The translations under genes were made by a program, and so were the position numbers. A DNA stretch of 64,000 nucleotides. It comes from Takakia lepidozioides. Lineage: Eukaryota; Plantae; Bryophyta. The notes under the pieces were generated by a model. That model worked only from the letters and a program-made list of their open reading frames with translations, ran no database searches and had not been told where the DNA came from. The DNA lies in NCBI GenBank assembly GCA_030704615.1, contig CM060732.1:20398001-20462000 (forward strand). Reading direction: 5' to 3'. Below are positions 58,836 to 64,000 of this stretch, in pieces (the stretch's first letter is position 1; every line of letters starts with the position of its first letter).

Positions 58836-61800
58836 ATGTCTTCTTACACCACCAGCAACTCCGAGTTACTGGAGCTGTCCCCAGATGCACTCACAAGTGT
58901 GCTACAGAAGCTTGGCTATGAAGATCTGCTTACGGTCAGTGCTACCTGTCGGACGTTACACCAGCTATCCAGTCAGGACACAATTTGGTTTGATCTATGC
59001 AAGCAGTGGGAGGGTCAGGTGGATCTGAAGGCCTGGCTTCCCCGAATGAAGAATGCAAGTTCTCTTTTTCGATTGCTACTTTCTTTCGACAAATTGGTGG
59101 GGTCATGGAGTGCCCAAGAGCTTGGTCCCCGCGGCGGCTTGCTTTACGTTACCTGGGTACATTTGAATTTTCCCACCTGTTTCTCGTTTCGCCAGTGGTT
59201 CAGGAGCTTTTATATGAGGAGCTTTCTCGGAAAAGTTATGTGCATTCTTAGTTGTACATTCCAATTGATTTGTTTTTGTGCCTCGAGAATGCAGACAGGT
59301 GTCTACTCAATGTGCTCTCAGGATTTACTTCTGTGCTTCTCACCTGTCTGTATTTCGCCCCTTCACATGCTCCTGTAACTCTGAAAAACTTCACCTTCTA
59401 CTTGGTATCAATTGGGAAACAGAGGTTGCTATTTGTGCCAATGACATCCACATGTGAACTTACCCTCTATCATGCCTTCCCACTTGATAGAATCCCTTCT
59501 GTTGTTTCCTTAGAGGAGATCTCTTTGCAACGACCTTGTAATCATGTGTGGTGAAAGTTTGTGTAATGACTGTCTTTTTCATAATGCAGGGAGATGTGTC
59601 CCTGACGGGTTCCAGAGTATTACCCCAGCCTGCAGGTACAACTTTTCTTTGTAGTTGAATCTAGTATTTAAAGCTGTAGGGTATCAGCTGTTTGGCCAAA
59701 TTGGATTTCTCTCTGGCTGATATATATATCAAGGTAACTCACACTACTGGAGTGAGCCCCTCACAAAGGTAGTGCCTATTCCCTATGTTTCCGTCCAGAC
59801 TGGGCACAGGGTCTATGGCTACCAGGCGCAAACAAAGTCTTATGAGTACATACACTTGCTGTTCATGTTATATGAGCAGTCTCATGAACATTCCTGTCGT
59901 CCGGACAAATGGCCACCATTTTGTGTGTTTGTGAAATGTACTCATAAGATGTTGTGTGTGTGAGAGATGATGTACTGATAAGACTCTGTTTGCGGTAGCC
60001 TTGGGGCCATAGACCCCACGACCAGTTGGGCCGGAAAACCAGGGGACCAAAAACTACCTTTGTGAGGGGCTCACTCCAGTAGTGTGATTTACCTTGATAC
60101 AAACAATTAGTTCGGGCTTTCCAGATATCCTTTAGGAAGCCTTTGATGGATTAAATGGTACTCAACGCAGCCTCGGGGCCATAAACTATATATATATATA
60201 TTTCTATGCCCACCCACCCTCCCTCCCTCCCACAAGAACATAGTTACAAGTGCCACCATCATTTGAACAGGGGACCTGAAATTCACGCGATTGTTCGAAG
60301 TAGTTGGATTGAGTGACGGATCTTCAAAGGTGGAGTTCATCACAATGCATACCACGGGGAATCAGATCCGGCTACCTGGAGCAGTGGTCTGGTCTTCCAC
60401 AACCCAGGATGAGTTTCACTTGGAAATGTATGGGCTAGGAGAACATGTCGGCCTGCGAGGTCATGGAGTGAGTGTCTTCACATCACGTTTATTTCACACT
60501 CCTTTGTCTGACTGGTTGTGGTAACTATGATAGTAGAATACCCATGTGTGTTACTCAGCTGCATCAGTGTTCTTTCTGAATTATCTCAATGGTTGGGTTC
60601 CAGGACCTCTACTATTCAATGTCACTCGTAGGTTCGTCACCAACTAGAGCAAGCTTGCTCTTAAGTACAAAGGTGTTGTCAGCCCCATACTGACATTGTC
60701 TTCCACCTGGGATAGATTGTACATTGTGGGATCAATAGCCACAACACAAATGCTTCCCATGTGATGGCAAAGCATTCCCTCCTTTCCCACTCGTTCTCTT
60801 TTCCTCCAAGTTCAGAGAGGTGTATATTCCTGTCTCAGGTCTTGTCCTCCATCTCTCTGCTACTTTAGGCAAACAACGTCTTATGAGTACATTCTCTGCT
60901 ACTTCAGGCTATGGCAAACACCGTCTCATGAGTACATTCTCTCTGCTACTTTATGTCCTCTTTGACCTCCACACTTCAACTGGCAGTGCAACCATAGCAA
61001 AGGTTTGTGGAGCCATCAACGTCTAAATCTCTATCCTCTCTACACTGCTTGTCTCTGTCTCATCCCTTTGAAGATGCCCTGAAGTGGATGTTGTAGACTA
61101 GTGTGACATTTCTACCAAACTATTTCTTGTGGTAGTAGACACAAGACAAATCATAGGAAATGTTGACAGACATGATACCAACGATCTCAAATTTCTGCAG
61201 ACAACTGGCGCTGCTTCATGGGAAGCACCTTTGCTTTACAATTGCGCCTTTATTGATCTTCTCCGTGGCTAGGGAAAGGTCCAAAGGACTTGCATCATCC
61301 TGCATAACAATCAGCTCTGATTGTTAGCATTTTCAAGTTCGTGTTTGTCCGGAGTAATCTTATCTCTGGATCGTTGTTCAATAGGAGGCAGAAAATGTGG
61401 ATGTCATTGCCATGAGGAGGAGGCTTGAAGATGATCCTTCCAACAGAAGGGCAGATATAGACGGAGTGGCGATCCACTTCGGCAGAAATCTGGCTAACCT
61501 TATGATGCCTGAAAGAGAAGAAGACAGGCAGCACCAGAATAATATGCGCGCGCAAATGCAGCAGCATCTTTTGCTGCACAATTTAGCCTTGGGAGCTGAA
61601 CCCCACCCACTCATGATGCCTCTGCCTTGGGGCCCTGCTGACCATGGCCAGGTAAGAGTGTTGCTGTCTCGTAGGAAGTTTGGGAGACTTTTAAGCATGT
61701 GATATTCGAATGATAAGAATGCCGTCTATTGGGTTAAATGTTTCAGGAATGACTAAGCATGGTATTCTCACAAGTCAGATCTATAGGTTTTTGCAGCTCT

Positions 61801-63781
61801 AAGGAGTTGTTTGTCTCTCAAATGTTCATGTAATTAAAGCTGCATTGTGATAAAAGGTATGCTGTGCATCTCCTTTTGAGGAGAGTGAGAACTGTTCTCT
61901 GTACTCCAAGCACGCCTAAAGCAATGTCAGCCTTCGGTCAAGATGGTCAAGAACCTTTTAAATCCAAAGTGGGGAGCTTTCTTGAGCTCACTTGTGTTAG
62001 TTAGGTTCTCTCTCTCTCTCTTTCTCTTTAGCTTTGTCTCCTCCAGTTTTGTTTGAATTGAATGCTAAAACTTTGTCTTGGCTGAGTCTTCCGGTGTTGA
62101 CACAGAAACTCAGTATATGTCTGATCCCTCTGTCAGGAATTGATGAAGTCGGTGGGGTGTTACGACATTTCCTGTGATAGAACATATGGCTGATTTTTGC
62201 GATTACTCTTAGATTGACCTCCTCAGTTAGAATACAGCATCTTTTCTGGTTTCTTTCTTCTTCATGTTTTGTTTCCTCTTTATGTTCTGACTGGCTACTT
62301 CACTTGATGGTTTGTCCTCTTTTTTGTTGTTTCTTTGCTCGTGCCTTTGTTATCAACTTGGAAAGTTCTCCTTCACCTTAGATGTGGCTTTCTCAATATT
62401 TATTTTTGGTATCTTTTAACTGTGAGCTCAGAGTTTGGTAGGCTCTCACATATATACATATACATATATATATATATATATATTTTCTTCACCTTAGATG
62501 TGGCTTTCTCAATATTTATTTTTAGTATCTTTTAACTGTGAGCTCAGAGTTTGGTAGGCTCTCACATATATACATATACATATACATATATATACATATA
62601 TATATATTTGTATGAATGGGTACACCTAGATTTAGCTGAAGTTGCAAAGCAATGATTTCTGAGGAGCACTTTCTACGCAGGGTGACAATGTTAGATGCTG
62701 TCTCTATTGGTTGACATACCAAAAGGTTCTAAGTGTATCACGGCCTTTTCTCTTTGCTGCTAATTTGATGGATATTTATGTGGAGGTGCAGCGGGAGACC
62801 ACAATGGGGCAGAGGGCAATGCAGTACCTGCTGGGGCTTGCTTCATTTGGGAACAACCGGCCTACATCTTCTGGTATCACCTCTTTTCTCTCTGTTCAAA
62901 GCTTTACAAGCCAACTATGGAAATTACTGAAGTTACTGAATATACTTCCATGCAGTCACCTGGTAGTGTAACATTCCTTGTTTTAGCATACCTATGTCAG
63001 GCTGAGCTGTGAAATGTTGCAAGGAGAACTTGACAAACAATAGATCTTATGCCATTATCAGTCAGTAATTCGGTGGGGTTGCCCATAAGTGATGATAGAG
63101 ACAGAAGAGAGTCCAGAGAAGCTCCGAGGGGCCTAATTCTAATGCTCTGCCAGATTCATGAAGTGTTTGCCTTGCTATGTCCGGAGACGGAGTGCCTTAT
63201 GCAGGCATGCAGCTAACCATTTGGACTGACGACCTTTGGCAACAAGCAGTCTCTGAAAAGACAGTAGCTCCTCGTTACTGTGCAATATATTGGACAGGAG
63301 AAATAGAATTGGTCTTATGTCTGCCCTTCATCTCACATATTGGACTAGTCCTTTTTGTTGAGATAAACTATGTCACCTGCTTGTGTCAAACCAGAGATTT
63401 TGTAAACTAACTCTCAACGGCCCAACACCTGCTGGGGGAATGTGGAAATGTGGTGAACAATCCAAAAGCGATGAAAATGCTATAGTAGGGTTGTGAAGGA
63501 GAATCACAGAGAGAAAGCGCAAGGGTAAAAAATATGAGATAAATGCATTGCATGGAATCGTACTGTTATTTCATTGTATGGGAGTGGTCCAGCAGGAAGG
63601 ACAGGTGGCAGACATGGAAGAGGGGAGGTGTGGCAGTCCGCCTACAAAAGGCTCTCCATCCAACCTGCCAAACCTGGGCAGGAGCTTGCTGGGCTCTGGA
63701 GTGGAATATATGGTCCGCATGGCCTTGAAATTGTCACTGTTTCCTACACCAATGAGCACATAGTTGCTACTAAGGTTTTGG
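58836..63781 (+). CDS. F-box protein, FBXO31/At5g39450-like, multi-exon, continues past the window
   Basis: F-box LLELSPDALTSVLQKL...DLLTVSATCRTL; predicted GT-AG exons 58836-59156, 59590-59635, 60271-60467, 61385-61651, 62792-62873, ~63593-63781 with consistent phases; GLWSGIYGPHGLEIV...IVATKVLG motif. Confidence 0.88.
59729..60097. mobile_element. Intronic MITE, ~45-bp TIRs, TA TSD (Tc1/mariner-type)
   Basis: TCAAGGTAACTCACACTACTGGAGTGAGCCCCTCACAAAGGTAGT and its reverse complement (1 mismatch), flanked by TA. Confidence 0.9.
62371..62607. repeat. ~116-bp tandem duplication including a (TA)n tract, intronic
   Basis: CTTCACCTTAGATGTGGC... starts at 62371 and again at 62487. Confidence 0.9.
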
Positions 63782-64000
63782 GTATATACTCTCTCTCCTC
63801 TCTTTCTATCTCCAGTCTCTCCCTGCCCACTAGGTAGTCTACTAAATGGGTGAACTTGATATGGGAGTAGATTAACGTCTCTGTGACCAAATGCGGGCCT
63901 TGTGACCCCTCGCCTATGTTTGTTTGACCTGAAACAGTTTGCGGTAGTGCCTTGTGATTTAGAGAAGGGGTCCCCTCCTTACACAGGCCATTCCCTGCAG

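Noticed and set aside
59741-59748. CACTA element suggested by CACTAC in the intronic MITE
   Set aside because: The inverted repeat extends about 13 bp further out to TA flanks, so CACTA is not terminal

Overview
Eukaryotic nuclear DNA, most likely from a seed-free land plant (inferred from TE families, GT-AG introns and an F-box gene). About 58 kb is a nested transposon island and the last 6 kb holds a spliced host F-box gene (FBXO31/At5g39450-like). Left to right: a GTGACAC-minisatellite ORF (1-2.3 kb), a decayed L1-type LINE (minus strand), a tRNA-derived SINE, then a large decayed minus-strand element (~11-41.8 kb). That element has a Sola-like DDD transposase and unusual spliced cargo: a ParB/Srx-like domain fused to a degenerate N4/N6 DNA-methyltransferase-like fold, an ORF with RNA Pol II CTD-like YxPxSPx heptads, and three FCP1/NIF (CTD-phosphatase-like HAD) domains. 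It is also marked by about 19 copies of an 18-bp palindrome, CACGCGCGATCGCGCGTG, several of them in predicted introns. It is interrupted by two Ty3/gypsy elements and a MITE. A third, 13-kb gypsy element with a ~1,220-codon extra ORF follows. All domain calls come from motif recognition by eye; no searches were run, and the termini of the large element are not defined.
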